In this document: positions 1 through 14,079 of the stretch, in pieces
Numbering within the stretch: the stretch's first letter is position 1
Layout: each line of letters begins with the position of its first letter
From: Cenococcum geophilum
Taxonomy: Eukaryota
Assembly: GCA_050273025.1 (NCBI GenBank)
Contig: CP158636.1
Coordinates: forward strand, 8,494,001-8,558,000
DNA length: 64,000 nucleotides
Reading direction: 5' to 3'
Position numbers and translations under genes: made by a program
Notes under the pieces: generated by a model
The model's input: the letters and a program-made list of their open reading frames with translations, nothing else
What the model was told of the DNA's origin: nothing
Database searches by the model: none

Positions 1-966
1 GTAATAACGGCCTAAATATTACTAGTAATTAGGTTACCGTTCTTAGTAACGTATACCCTATTCCTATAGAGGAAGTCTTAAAAATCCTAAATAATATTAA
101 TATTGCTAAGTGCCCAGGTATTAGCGGTCCATTTTATAAAATCCTCCCTAAAATATTCCCACAGCTATATATCGGCGTAGTATCTACTTTAGTAGAATAT
201 AATACAGTATAGAAGAAAGCTATTAACTTATTTTACGGTATAAGTTATTATATTAAAGGTAAATTCGTCCTAATTTTTATTAATAAGTTTCGCGTATAAA
301 GCTACCCCTAGTAGTAAGGAGTCTTCCTAGTCGTTTAAAGTAGGCGTAGCCATGTTTTTAGAGGGAGGGAAGTGTTATTGGCGTAGGGATTATTATTTAG
401 TACGCGTTCGTAATATATATTTATTATTTAGTACGCGTTCGTGATATATATTTGCGATTATAGGGCTTAGGACTAGTTCTAGCCTTAAATTGCGAAGACT
501 TATAAAGCGTGTTGTTCTGCGTAATAGACGCAAGAATCTATAATCTTAGAAAGGCTTAAGACCAGTTTTAGCCTTTAAATCCTTAGATTTGTAGAAGAGT
601 TCTATTTAAAGTTTAGAACTAGTTCTAACCTTAAAAGACAGCTTCCTTTAGCACGAGTAGCACTGGTACAGTAGCTTATCTCTTCTTAGTGGAATACCTT
701 ACTGTTTTATAATATAACAGTAAAGTTAACCACTAATTAGTGTTGGTTACATAAGGGGATATTACGTAGCTATGGTTCGTAGATAGTATAATAATTATTA
801 TTCTTATTCTTAATTAATTCTTAAAGAAAGAGGTGAGGAACTTAAGGTTCCTTACCACGCTAGTGCCGCGGCGGCACGTGACGGCAACTTACCGTACGTA
901 ATGGCAACTTGCTATACGTGGTGGTAATATGCCTTATATAGTGACCACTTGCCTTTATTCCTAACA
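1..966 (-). mobile_element. 5' end (LTR 741-966 plus leader) of a Copia LTR retrotransposon, same family as 30444-36539, running off the left edge
   Basis: 1-966 is the reverse complement of ~30444-31397. The LTR is bounded by tgttgg...cctaaca, and the CHS-like ctaattagt abuts it on the minus strand (732-740). Confidence 0.93.
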
Positions 967-2211
967 ATTTCTTTAGCTATATAGTACCTTTTACTAGATT
1001 TTAGATCTGCCCAACTAATTAATAAATAGAGGTAGCGGATATTTAACTAAAAAATATAGATATCCTGCTAGGCGCTATAGGCGTTTAGCTAGGTAATATA
1101 AATATTTTACTAAACCCTATAGATATCTAGTTAAGGGTTATAGATATATAATCCTCCTCTACTACCGCCTTCTTAAATACCTCTTTAATAACAAAGAATA
1201 GTGCTTTATAATTATTCTTATCCCTCCTCTTAATATAGCCCCTAATAATAGATAGGTTAGGCCAATTAATATTTATTCACTTAAGATCTGTTATACTCTA
1301 ATAAAACCTTACTAGCTTTATTACCTTTATATACATCTCCTTATTAAGTATTATAGTATATATAAACTACGGCACTATTAGACTAAGTAGTAACAGGGCT
1401 AAAAGCTTTTACCCTAGTTAGTAACTAAATAATACTTATTAATTATAATTAAGGAAATATATACGTAAAAAGTGGGCTAAGTAAGGATATAGTAGAACCG
1501 TTTACTTAATAGTAACTCTAGTAATACTAGAATATATATAAACCAACCCGCCTTAATATGTTTTAGAATATCCGTATATACTTTTATTACCTCCATATAT
1601 ATAAATATGGGATTTACTTTTAGGATAGCCTATATTTTTAATAGCTACTCCTCTCTAATTACGTTTAAAGGTAATATAATAATAGTAATAAAAGCTTAAA
1701 TTAGTAATAAAATTGCCTATATTATTATGCTCTTACCCTATAATATTTTCGCCACTAGAAATAAGTCCCACCGCCTATATATTACCCGTCTTAATACCTT
1801 AATTTAATGTCACGGAACCCCACCGCAGGGGCCTCCATAGGAGAGCCCCGTGCTCTCGCGTACACCTCACGTACAGCTTATATCAGCTACGCGTAGGTAT
1901 ATCACCTCCTTACGCCCTCGACCCTTACGATCGATTGCGCAACGTCTTATAGACTCCTTAAATACATACGCTCTATAGCCACTGCCTCCGTTTTATAACA
2001 TTTAACTAGGTTATCTGCTGTACGAATATAGAAGCTTAATAGCTCTATTTATTACGCTTAACTATTTATTTTTACTTGCCTCCTATAAGGCCAAAAGCTT
2101 ATCTTATATGTTTTATAACTGCCTCTCTATTAGGGATATAAAATCCTCCTATATATAATTATCTAGCTCCTATAAGCTCTATAAGACCTACTAGCGTTTC
2201 TATTTAACTAT
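967..2211 (-). pseudogene. RIP-degraded RecQ-type (SF2 DExH) helicase, interrupted by a solo LTR
   Basis: The minus-strand translation reads DLFLVAKIL*GKS...ILPLNVIREE* (motif I/Ia, de-RIP AKTSWGKS...ILPLNAIGEEQ), ILVLLELL (ILVSPELL) and IIINKYYLVTN*GKSF*PCY (IVIDECHLVxNWGKSFRPxY, the RecQ motif II plus aromatic loop). Upstream sequence probably resumes at 15794-16069. Confidence 0.8.
1808..2000. mobile_element. Solo LTR (193 bp)
   Basis: GC-richer block with tgtcac...ataaca ends, flanked by a 5-bp TSD TTTAA (1803-1807, 2001-2005). The helicase frame rejoins across it. Confidence 0.85.
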
Positions 2212-2709
2212 AGGCTTATAATGGAATCCCCCGGGAGGTACATATCCAATAAGACGGTAGGAGGTTTTATCTATATCCCATCTATATTCCAGAAAACATA
2301 GTTAGACAGGCTAGGGGCGAAAGGTTTTACTAGCGTCTTAGAAGAAACATATAGGAAGCTAGTTCCCCTCTAGAGAAGAACTAGAAATTAGTCTCTAAAT
2401 AAAAGTGGTTAAAAGCCTTTATCCTTTAATATATAAAAACTTATTCTACCTTCTACTTACCTTTAACGTACCTTTAACTTACCTTCTACTTACCAGTGAC
2501 ACTATTAATTAGATAATTATACGTTCCGGTTAGGCTAGCCTCTTATAATTTTAATCGCTCATAATCCGTTAGGGACGTACGGCTATTAATTAACGATGAC
2601 GGACTATACTCCTTTACCCTATAAAGCAACACCCTCACTATAGGAGGCTTAGAGAGTCTCCCTAGAGAAGCGTATTCCCTCTACTTACGAAAGAGTGGAC
2701 TAGGAAGCT

Positions 2710-5700
2710 ATGGCTAGCCTATCTAACTTTACGGGACCCTTAGAAACAATTACTACTAGGGAGTTATTAGAGCGGTCGCTACGCGAGACCCTATAAAAAA
2801 TAAAAGAGTTGGAGATATGATTAAAAGAAGTATATTAGGACTACTAAGAACAATTGTAAGGACAACTGGGAGAAGTATAGATACCCTAAACACGAAGCGG
2901 ACTTAAAGGGGCAACGCCATACTACGCTGTAACGTTAGAAAAACCTAGATTCCGTATAAAGGAACCTAATAAGTATAATAGTAATAGTCTCCGGAACTAT
3001 AATTGTTTTATCTATTAATGCGAAACCAAGTTTCGGCTAGATCCGAAATATTACTCTAACAAGTATAATTAGACACTAATTACTTCCACCTTCCTACGTA
3101 GCACCGTTAAGAGTTTATAGACACGCTATAAGAAGAAACTTACTATACTTTTTAAATTTAGCGAACTTAAGACCTGGTTGGTTAATTAGGTCCAAAACCC
3201 TACTAATTAAGGGATAGATTACAACCAGCGATACCACGACACTAAATAGTAAGAAGGCTAGAGTGTAGTCCAGTTTATAAACTACTTAGAAGAGCTAGAA
3301 GACAATATACCCTACTTAGACCTATAGGATAACGCTATATGACTTTACTAGCTACTTACTAAGCTACAACCTAAGATTTAATAGGCTATTTAGGAGAAGG
3401 GCGAAATTCTTACCTTTTAAGAAAAGCTTATCTTTAAAGCTACTCGGATTAAGAATGCTAAAAGAGACTATCTAGGTAAGTAAAAGGAATAAAACGCCAA
3501 TAATAAAGAGCGTAGGACTAGACCTAGCTTTAATAACAGGGGCAGATTCCGACTTAACCGCTCTGCGGAAGGACAACGCGAGTAGGCCTTATAGCCCTAG
3601 AGCAACGCTAGTTAACCCTAAAATAATAATAGGTAGAGACTTAATCCGTAGGAGGGAAACTGGGAGACACATACCTATTATAACTACGGCAAGAAGGGCC
3701 ATATAAGCCGCTTCTGCCGGTAGAAGAAGTAAGAGTCGGCCTAATTAGGAAAAGAGACAGCCTAGTAGATCTTTACTCCCTTACACTAAGCTAGTAAGAG
3801 AAGGAGGAAGTAAACTGCCGCATGGTTATTCCTGTCTCCATTTAAGTTAACAATAAATAGGTGACGTAAGACTGCCTTATAGACAGCGGCGCGAGTATAG
3901 GGTTTATTTCTTAATTACTAGTAAAAGAATTAGATTTGGACCTTAGCGGCTTATAGGTACGTACTGTTTAAAGTATTAGAGGCTACCGGATTCCGTACTA
4001 TAGGGAATAGACATTTCCCGTTACTAGCTAGGACCGCGATGGTCTATAAAACACGTAGGAGATACGCTTCTGCGCCGTAGAAATTAAGGGGTATAACCTT
4101 ATTCTGGGATACCTATAGCTTCGCTAAGTTAATCTAGACATTAATTGGCCTTTAGCCTCGTATTGACACCGGAAGTCTTAATCGCGCATTATAGTTAAGG
4201 ATTAAGAGACTTTCCTAAGCTATATATAAGAAGAAGGGTGGGTATATGCTATATATGCCACTTTTAACCCTAAGAATAAAGATATAGGGTATTTATTTTC
4301 GGATGTCTGGCTATACGCAGTTAAGGAACTAGAGATTCCGCAGGAATATATAGACCTAGAAGAGGTTTCTAATAAAGAGGCTATATAGACCTTACCTAAC
4401 CCCATGTTAGTTAAGCGTGAGATAAATATAGGGGATAAGTAACCTCCTTTTAAACCACTATATAACTTGTTAGAAAACGAACTGGCTATATTACGTTAGT
4501 ATATAGTAGATAATCTTTAGAAAGGATAGATTTGGCCCTCTATAAGCCTAGTAGGGGCACTAATTATATTTATACTAAAGAAGGACGGAACCCTTCGCCT
4601 CTATATTAACTATTAGGCGCTTAACAGGATTACTATAAAGAATTGCTACCTGCTACCCTTAATAAGGGAGCTTATTAACAGGCTGTTGGGCGTAAAGATA
4701 TTTATAAAACTGGATCTAAAAAATGCATACCGTTGAATCCGGATTAAGGCCGGTAATAAGTGGAAAACGGCGTTCCGAATATAGTACGGCCACTTTAAGT
4801 ACCTAGTAATGCTATTTAGGCTTACCAACGCACCAGCGATATTTTAGGCCTATATTAATAAGGTATTATCGGGCCTATTAGACACAATATATATAGTTTA
4901 TCTTAATAACATTATAGTCTACTCTAATAACTACGAAGTATATATGCACTACGTGCAAATAGTACTTAAAAGACTGTGGGAATACGAGCTCTATATAAAC
5001 CTAAAAAAATACTTATTCTATATTACTAGCATTAATTTTCTAGGCTTTATTGTTAGCGTTAACGGAGTATTAATGGAGAAAAGCTGGGTAGACGCTATTA
5101 GGGAATAGCTATACCCTATAACGTTTAGAGAAGTATAGGTTTTCTTAGGTATAGCGAACTTCTACTAAAGGTTTATTGTTTATTATTTATAAGTAATACT
5201 CCTAATTATTAATCTACTAAAAGGATCTAAGAATGGCAAGAAGTTAGGACCCTTTGTATTTGGGGAAGCTACTAAGTAGGCAATAGACCGGTTAAAGGAT
5301 TTGTTTACGTCGGCGCCTATCCTAATATACTTTTACTAGGAGCTATATATATACCTTAAAACGGATATATCCGGCTTTGCCCTAGGGGTAATTATATCTT
5401 AATTAAAAGACGGAGAATAGCATCCTATAGCGTTTTAGTTAAGAAAAATAACCCTTATAGAACAGCGTTATATAACGCACGACTAGAAGTTGCTTGTAAT
5501 AGTCGCAGTAATAAAATACTAGCGATATTATTATATAGGAAGCAATTACCCTATTAAAGCCCTTACAGACTATAATAACCTAGAATACTTTATAACTATA
5601 AAGGTATTAAGCGGTCGACAAGCTAGGTAGGCAGAGGCACTATTATAGTATAATTTTAAGATTACGTATCGCCTAGGAAAGATAAATCCTGCTAATAGGT

Positions 5701-8700
5701 TGTTAAGACGTCTGAATTATAAGATAGGGAGAATCTAGGACAGCATAGGGGAAATAATCCCTATATTGCAAAATTTGCTTAGGAAGAAAAAAGACTCTTT
5801 CCCTAAAACTATAGAATTTCGCGGCAGGGTAGAGGTCCTAGTAATGCAGCTGCGAAGCGACACGATTATAGAGCCGTAGGATATAGTTATAGACTAGGTT
5901 ATAGACTAAGCAGACGTTACAAAGTTAGCGTACCCTAGAATTAGCGAGAATTCTACGGGATATGCTGGAGGTATTACGGCACCTTTAACTTGACAGCGTA
6001 TTAGCTACAAGTTTTCGGATCTAAAGGGGATAGGCAAGATGCCTATCCGTAGCGTGGCATACTGTATAATAGTAGGAGAATCTACTGGTACTAATAGTTT
6101 AAAACATCTTGTGCTATGCCTTAAGTTTATAATAGCGGTAGGCGAAATGGAAGTAAGTAATCTATATAAAACCTTTCCGGATCCTCTTCTTTAAGCTTAA
6201 TAAAGGGACGCCTTCGCCTCTAGGGAGAGGTAGAAAGATATAGTAGAGACCAACTTAGCCGGAGTTACTAAGAAGCTATAGTAGTAAGACTAAAAGGGTT
6301 TATTATGCTTTAAGGGTGCTATATATATCCCAAAGGACTAAGTAATTTAAGATGAAATTTTAAAGGTCTTCTATAATAACCCTCTTAGGGGTCACTACGG
6401 TGCTAATAGAACCCTTAAGGCCGTTTAAAGGAAATACTTTTAGGACGGAATATCTAAAGAGGTTAAGGACTATGTATTAAGGTATAATACGTGTTAAAGG
6501 ATATAGATATCTAGGCATTGCCTATATAGTAAGTTATTAGTGCTTCCTATTCCATAGGGACCTATATTAGAATTAACAATAGATTTTATTATAGGCTTAT
6601 AGGCTTACCCCCTACTAAGATAAGAACTAGAGAGGTTGCTAACGCTATTCTAGTAATTGTTAATAGGTATATAAAGTTTTTAGGATACTTTGCTGTTATA
6701 ATAATAATTATAGTAGCAGAACTGGCAGACCTGTTTTTAGAACGGTAGCTCTTATTTAGTACGCTAAGGGGAATTATATCTGATAGAGGTACCGTATTTA
6801 ATAATGCATTTTAGTCTTTATTCTATCTCTTATTAAAAATACGGTAAAGAATAAGTACTACTTTCTACCCGTAAATAGACGGGCTAATAAAGTGTCTAAA
6901 TGCGTTATTAGAACACTACCTTCGCTACTATATTAATTATTAACAGGATGATTAGTGTCTAAACGAGGTTGTCTGTAACTAATTAGGTTAGTCACGTAAG
7001 CTAAGCGAGCTTAGGAAATCCACCAAATTCCACCTATAGAATAGGAGAATCAATAAGCATCAATCAAAATCAGTTACTACCCCATACTATTGTAATAGCA
7101 TTACGTATCACCAGAAGTAATACTAATACTAATCAGTAATCACAGATCAGGAGACGTACTACCTACGAAGAGAGACGAGCTTAATTAGTCCCTGCTTATA
7201 GGCCTCTACCGAACCCGTTTGCTAAAGAGTATTAGTTAACGTGTATCTAAAGAACCAACCCCCTAATAGGCCTTTAATTCTTTATATATAGTTTTTAGGT
7301 ACTTAAAGAACCGACCCCTTAACAGGCCCTCGGTTCGCGTCTATTACGCACTCTAAAAGGCGTTAGGTACTTAAGGAACCAACCCCCTAATAGGCCCTTG
7401 GTTTTGTGTTTATTACGCATTTTAAAACCCAAAAATTAAAACTTAACAAGACAAAGAACCTTAGTTCGCGTCCATTACGCGTTTTAAACCCTACAACCAT
7501 TACACAAACTCACCCGTTATTACGAAAACCACTATAACAGATATTAGGTAATAAGTTAGAGAAGGACAGAAGAAGTAGGGCAGAGGAATTAATATAGACT
7601 CTAATGACATTAATATTACAGACATTGATAACTTTATATAGTTTAAGACCTCAAAATATAAGGTTTATAACTTTAAAGACGATAAACTATAGGAAGCCTA
7701 TAAGGATGATTTCTAGAACTTTATAGTATAAATCTTTAAAAACTGCAACTAGATATATATTAGAAAGCTTTAATTACTCCTACGGACCAACGGCGTATAG
7801 GTAAGGAAGTATAGGAACGCTATAGTTCCTAAATTACTATTTAACACCCTATAAGAATAAGAACCTATAGAGTAGACTAAGCTTAAGATTAAAGAGTACA
7901 TAGTAGCCGGAGGGAAGTTTAATTTAGGACAAATCGACTACCTCCTTAAGAATAACTTCGCCAGTGCTAGTACCAGTACTAGTACTACCGAAAATCTAAT
8001 CTTACGAACTACTATTAAAACCCTAACCTTAACCTCACTAACCCTATAACCTATTTTGTTAATATAACCCACCTTATTAAACTAGGGTTTCGGCAAGGAG
8101 TTAATAAACCTTATAAAGATATACACGGAAAATAATAAGTATAGTGGAGAAGATAATAACTTCGACTTTAAACTTACTATCTTCTATAACCTCTATAGCA
8201 GAGCTAATATACCCTAAGAAGCTAAGGTTAAAGCCTACCCTATAATGCTACGCGGCTTAGCACTTAACTATTACTATACTAACCTTAAGAACGTTACTAT
8301 AACCCTCTTATTTAACTAAATCTGTAACGCTACACGTAATTACTTTAAGGGACCTAAGTATAGGCGTAGTATACTAGGGCAATGGAACTTAATAACCTTA
8401 AGGTCTATAATAAGCAAAGGCAAGAATACTAGAAAATTAACCCTAGACTGCCTATAGTTGCTTATTAAAGAACTAAAACACCTCCAGTACGGTCTTAACC
8501 CAGATTTATATATAGACAAGTTTCTTTATAATAAGCTTATCAACGCCTGCCAGGAGTTACCAGCGTGTTAATATACCTGCTTTAAACCCTCTAATAGCTT
8601 AACTGGCCTAATTAATAACTTATAATCCTCTATCACAACATTTAAAAAGTTAAATAGTAAGAACCCCCAAGCCTACTTTACCGACCGCCGCTACCATAGA

Positions 8701-11700
8701 CAATACCCCTAATCACCTTATAGAACACAATCATCCTTATCTAGCTAATATGCATTATTAAAGAAGCGCTGCTTCGTCTGCTATAAGGAAGGCTACTAGT
8801 TTTCTAAACACTTAAGAGAAGAACGTAACGAATTAAGGAAGAAGTTTAAGGACAGACTTAACCGCCGCTTTAATAGGCACGCTAAGCAATATATTACCGA
8901 GTACAAGGGAATAGATTACAATAATAAACTTAACTTAGAATCTACTAATAACGTAATAGAAGCCCTTATAATTAATATTAAGTTACTACTAGTATCTCTA
9001 GCTTAGGAATAGACCAAACTATTCCTTACCTCTTTTAGAACGATATAGCATAAAGAAGCCACTAATACTATAACTAACTTAGCGGACCAATCCTTTACCT
9101 ATATAATTACCGGCACTAACCTAACTACTTACCACAATAACCTAGACCTATTTGCCTATGTTACTACCAGCTAATATACCTCTAATAAGTTCTATAGAGT
9201 AATAATTAACACTAGAGCTTTAAAGAGATTAATAGTAGGTTATAGATAATACCTTATATATAGGAAGACCTATAACACCGTTATTGACACCTTAAAGGCC
9301 GGCGCCATTAACGTCTAATTTAGCATTAGCTCTACCTCTTTTATTAGCTCCGTTATAGCCAATACACTAGTTAGTAATATCGAATTTTATATTATAAAGG
9401 CCAATACATCCTTCCTACTATGTCTCGCAGATATGGATATACTAAAGGTCTATTATAATAACCTTAAGAACGTCCTAGTTACCCCAATAAAATCGGTGCC
9501 AGTAGTTCGCCAATTTAGTCACCCCTTCCTATTATAGGAAGAGTTATTACGGTTATTTATAACCCACTCGTTTAACTAAAACCCTTACTACCTAACCACT
9601 ACTAAACTCCGCCGACTCCACCGCCGCTTTAGATATCTATCGGCAGATAAGCTATATAAGGTGCTAGAACGCTCTAGCTATAATAATATTAATAAGTAGG
9701 TTATTAACTACCTTACTAAGTACTGCTCCTACTGCTAGAAATACGGCAAATCCCTTAGATAGTTTAAGTTTATATTACGAGAAGACTAAGATTCCGATTT
9801 TAACCATTTTATTTTTATTAATATTATATATATTAATGGAAGCCCTGTCCTCCATATAATTAATAAAGCTACTAGATTTTAAGCCGCAAGATAGCTACGC
9901 AATATCTTTACAAAACATACCTGGGATATCCTACGACTCTACTAGATTAATACCTATATTAGACCACCCAACTACATTACCCATAACGCTAAGAAGAACT
10001 TTATAAGCAAGGAATTTTAACAGCACGCTATAGTAATGGCCATATTAACCAAGAGCATCCTAGTAGAAGCTTACTGGTCCATTAAAATAGTAGAAAGAGC
10101 TCATCTAACCCTACGCCAAGCATACTAGATAATTATAGAGGAGCTATAGGACTTAGGAATAACCAAAGAACTAGCTTTATAAATGGCGGTAAAGGCTACT
10201 AATAACACAGCTAGCCTAGATAGCTTAGTCCCAACACTTCTCGTCTTCGGTGCCTACCCTTAAATAAGCAAACTTAACCTACTAGCACCCTCTATTATAT
10301 AGCAAGCGGCAGCTATAAAAAAGGCAATAGAGGAGATTATAAGGATTAGGGTAAAGAAGCAAGTTAACAATACACTAAACCAATAAAACGGTCCATCTAT
10401 TACTACAATCCACAACCTCCCCCTTAACTTAGATATACTTATATAGCGTAAAGGCAATACTAGATAAAGCGGCAGATAGACTAGCCTATTTAAGTTGCTC
10501 GGAATTAACAAAGAGATATATAAGGTATAGCTCCCTAGTAAACCTACTAACTTTAGAACTATAGTAGTAAAACTATACCTATAACCCAAACCAGAAGAAC
10601 CAACTAAAGAACTAACTAAGAAACCAACTAAGGAACCGACTAAGAAACCAACTAAGGAACTAACTAAGAAACTAGCAGCTACTGCACCCCTCCGAAGATT
10701 AAAACGGACATAATAATCGCCGATAAAGTCCTAGTAAAATATTATAGACGTATTAATATTTATTAACGACAGCCTAACGAAATCTGACACTATAACCTTT
10801 AAGTATACCTTACCGTCATTTATAGAGTCTTAACGCAAGGAGATAAACGGTTTACTTAAAAAAGGCGTCTTTAAGTTTACTAATATAGCAGACGTCCCGA
10901 AAGGAGTCAGAATCTTTAACTCCTAATTTATTAATAAGATTAAGAACACCGGAACAGATAAGGCCTTTAAGAAGTCTAGACTAGTTATATAAGCCTATAA
11001 CAACTATAGCAAAGATCTAGTTCTAATATAGTTACTAACTATTTAACGTGTTAGCTAGAGAATTATTCTAGTACTTATAGCAACCCTATAAGGAAATAAA
11101 AAAAGACCAGCCTCTTTATACCTGCGCAATATCTTACAAGCCTATATATAGTCTAGCACCTACCTAAACAGAGACTTCTTTATACGCCTACTACTAGAAC
11201 TTAGACTAAAAGATAGATTAATTCTAAGAGTTATTAAACCACTATATAGTGTCCCAGAAGCTAGTAACCACTAATTTAATATATACTACCGCCACCACCT
11301 TAATAAGCTATAGATAAACCAGTTAATATATAACCCCTGCTTATTATATACAAATAGCAACGGCTTTAGAATTATAGAATTACAGACTAATAATACACTA
11401 TTCCTTACTAATAAAACCTTTGCGGAGGCTAAAGAAGCCAAACTTTAGAAGGTAAAGTTTCTAGCAAAAGAGAAAGAGAAGCTTACGCTAAATACCCCAA
11501 TTAAGTTTAATAGAGGCTATATTAAGCAAGAAAAAGATTTAATAGCCCTTACTTAGGAACGTTAATATTAAAACCTAAAGCTGGTTACTATAAAGGCTAC
11601 AGACCTAACTAGCTCTAGAGGGGAAGTTTATAAGGCAGTTACACTAAAGGACTAGTATATTACTTAAAGAGTAAGAGGAGCCTATATCGCTATAGTCTAT

Positions 11701-13580
11701 TAACCAGAAGCTACCTTTAACCTCTCCTTTATAGCATAAGTTATTAACCTAAAGAAAGAATATGCGAAGCAGCTTAATAAGCAGCTGCAATAGCAAATTA
11801 ATAATCCCTCCTAAGAACTTTATTTCGTATAACTTAATATAAGCACTTTTAAACTAATAATATTTACGGACTTATTCTTTGCTAATAACCACGACCTCTC
11901 CTCTTAGATCGGCTTTATTATTATACTCGCGGATAAGGATAATAGGGCTAATATCCTCTATTAGTTATCTATTAAGTGCAAGCGAGTTATATAAAGTGTC
12001 TTAGCATCTAAACTATATAGTATAGCCTATGGATTTAATACCGGAGCTATAATTAAAGCAACCATTAAGAAGATCCTACAACTTAAATAACTACCGCTTA
12101 CCCTTTATACCGATTTAAAATCTCTATATAACTGCCTAGTTAAACTCGGGACAATATAAGAGAAACGACTTATAGTTAACCTAATGTATTTATAATAATT
12201 ATATAAAAGAAGAGAAATAGTAGAGATTAAATAGATTAACGGAGGTAGTAACCCTATAGACGCTATAACAAAATTAAAGCCTTACTAGGCGTTAAAGGAC
12301 CTAATTAATATAAATATGATTAAACTATAGGTTACTAAGTAGGTAGAGAGAGAAGACGTTAAAGTAGGAATAGAGTATGCAAAGATATCGAGCCAGCCGC
12401 TAAGGCGCTAGTACTAAGCGAGCTAATAACAACTTTCTATCCCGGGGATGGAAAATCGTAATTAGTTACTTTAAACCACCTAGCAGAATTTGGTAGAATC
12501 TAAGTAGAATATAACAGAATTTGGTAGAACTTAATAGAATTTAGTAAAACATGGCGGAATTTAGTAGAACTTAATGGAATTTAGTAAAATATGGCAGAAC
12601 TTAACGGAATTTGGCAGGAGGCGTGCTTAAGCACTATTAAAAACTAAATACTCCCAGTGTTTAAACAAGGTTGTCTGTAACTAATTGGGTTAGTTACATA
12701 AGCTAAGCGAGCTTAGGAAATCCACTAAATTCCACCTATAGAATAGGAGAATCAATAAGCATCAATCAAAATCAGTTACTACCCCATACTATTACAATAG
12801 CATTATATATCACCGGAAGTGATACCGACAATTAGATATTATAGTTAGCTTTAGCGCAGTATGTATATAATATAAGCATCTATAGCAGCACAAAAATAAC
12901 CCCTTATAAAGCATTGTTTGGGGTAAAAGTAAATAACCCCTAAAACGTTAAGGATATTATTTCTAAAAGAGAGGTACTAGCGGCGTCTAAAAGAATTAAG
13001 CAAATGAGAATTTGTAGAGAGGAACTTAAAAAGCACTTACTAGACGCCTAGGCCGTGTAAAAAAGGTACTATAACGAAAAATATATGCCGAAAGAATTTG
13101 AGATAGGAGACGAAGTCTTACTATCTATAAAAAATATCCGAATAAAACGCATTAAGAAGAAGCTAGATTACCGGTGGCTCGGACCCTTTAAAATAGTTAG
13201 GAAAACTAAAGGAAACTAAGTCTATAAATTAGAATTACCGAAATCTTATCTAATATATCCTATATTTTATGTTTCCTTACTAAAGCTATACTAAAGAAGA
13301 GATGGTGCGGAACCGCCCTTACCTAGCGAAATTAATAGGGAACTAGAATGGAATGTAGAAGACATTTTAGACTAAAGATGGCGCTAAAAGAAGCGCGAAT
13401 TTTTAGTTTATTAGGAAGGATACTCCTAGGCGTATAATAGTTAGGAATTTAAGAAGTACCTTTAGCCGGGATATAATACCATAATTAAAACCTTCCTAAG
13501 AACTAAAGGTAAAGATTTAGAAATAGTTCCAAATATGCTATAAGTAAAGTAATAGGGAAGACCCCGTAAATTAAAACTAT
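2710..13580 (+). pseudogene. gag-pol of Gypsy 2217-15788 (split by the insertion at 6956-12830)
   Basis: Motifs in PR-RT-RH-IN-chromo order: CCHC knuckle (C)YN(C)GKKGHISRFC ~3676-3717, protease LIDSGA ~3876, RT VYL(D)(D)I ~4896, RNase H (E)TD(A)SGFA ~5357, integrase ~6370-6950 and 12836-13290, chromodomain EWNVEDILD...FLVx(W)EGY...NS(W)E ~13345-13450. Many TAA/TAG stops. End coordinates are approximate. Confidence 0.9.
6956..12830 (+). mobile_element. Full-length Ty1/Copia (GalEa-like) LTR retrotransposon, RIP-inactivated
   Basis: LTRs at 6956-7128 and 12658-12830, TSD ATTAG. Knuckle CFVCxKEG(C)(W)S ~8770, integrase ~9590-10260, RT (RKEINGLL(E)KGVF ~10835; KPLYxVPEA ~11237), RNase H ~11860-12350, in IN-RT-RH order. 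Confidence 0.95.
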
Positions 13581-14079
13581 AGGATTAAGTATAGGCATTA
13601 AGAACGGAAACGTTTCGCTATTATAATAGGGATCCTAGAATCCTATAAGAGGAAGCCTATAAGGATCTATAGGAGAACCACTAGGGATACTATTTAAAGA
13701 AGACGCTGTCCAAGAAGGAGTAGTAGTACTATAAGAAGTGGCCTTAGGGATTTAGAAAGATTCCCTAGGGATAAAAGGAGAGTATCTAGCCTGGCACCAG
13801 AGATATATAGTAGAGTTAATAGTATAAAGAGGAGTAAAAGGACAGCCTATAAAGAATTAGAAATTTTAAGGAATTGTAAGGTACCTATAGGAATATTACC
13901 CGTTTATTATATATGGGGATTATAGTAGTGTACTATATTTATATAGATTGTCACTAAAGCTTAGAATAAAGGCATCCTTAAAGTATAAAATCAATTCCTA
14001 ATAATAGGGCATCTTAGAGGCACCTGAGAAGCACTATATAAAGCTATTTTATAAGAAGAAGGAAAGAGCTAGGTAATAA

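Noticed and set aside
10590..10680. 12-bp tandem repeat (also 27-bp repeats at ~47175-47285)
   Set aside because: Ordinary low-complexity linker between integrase and RT.
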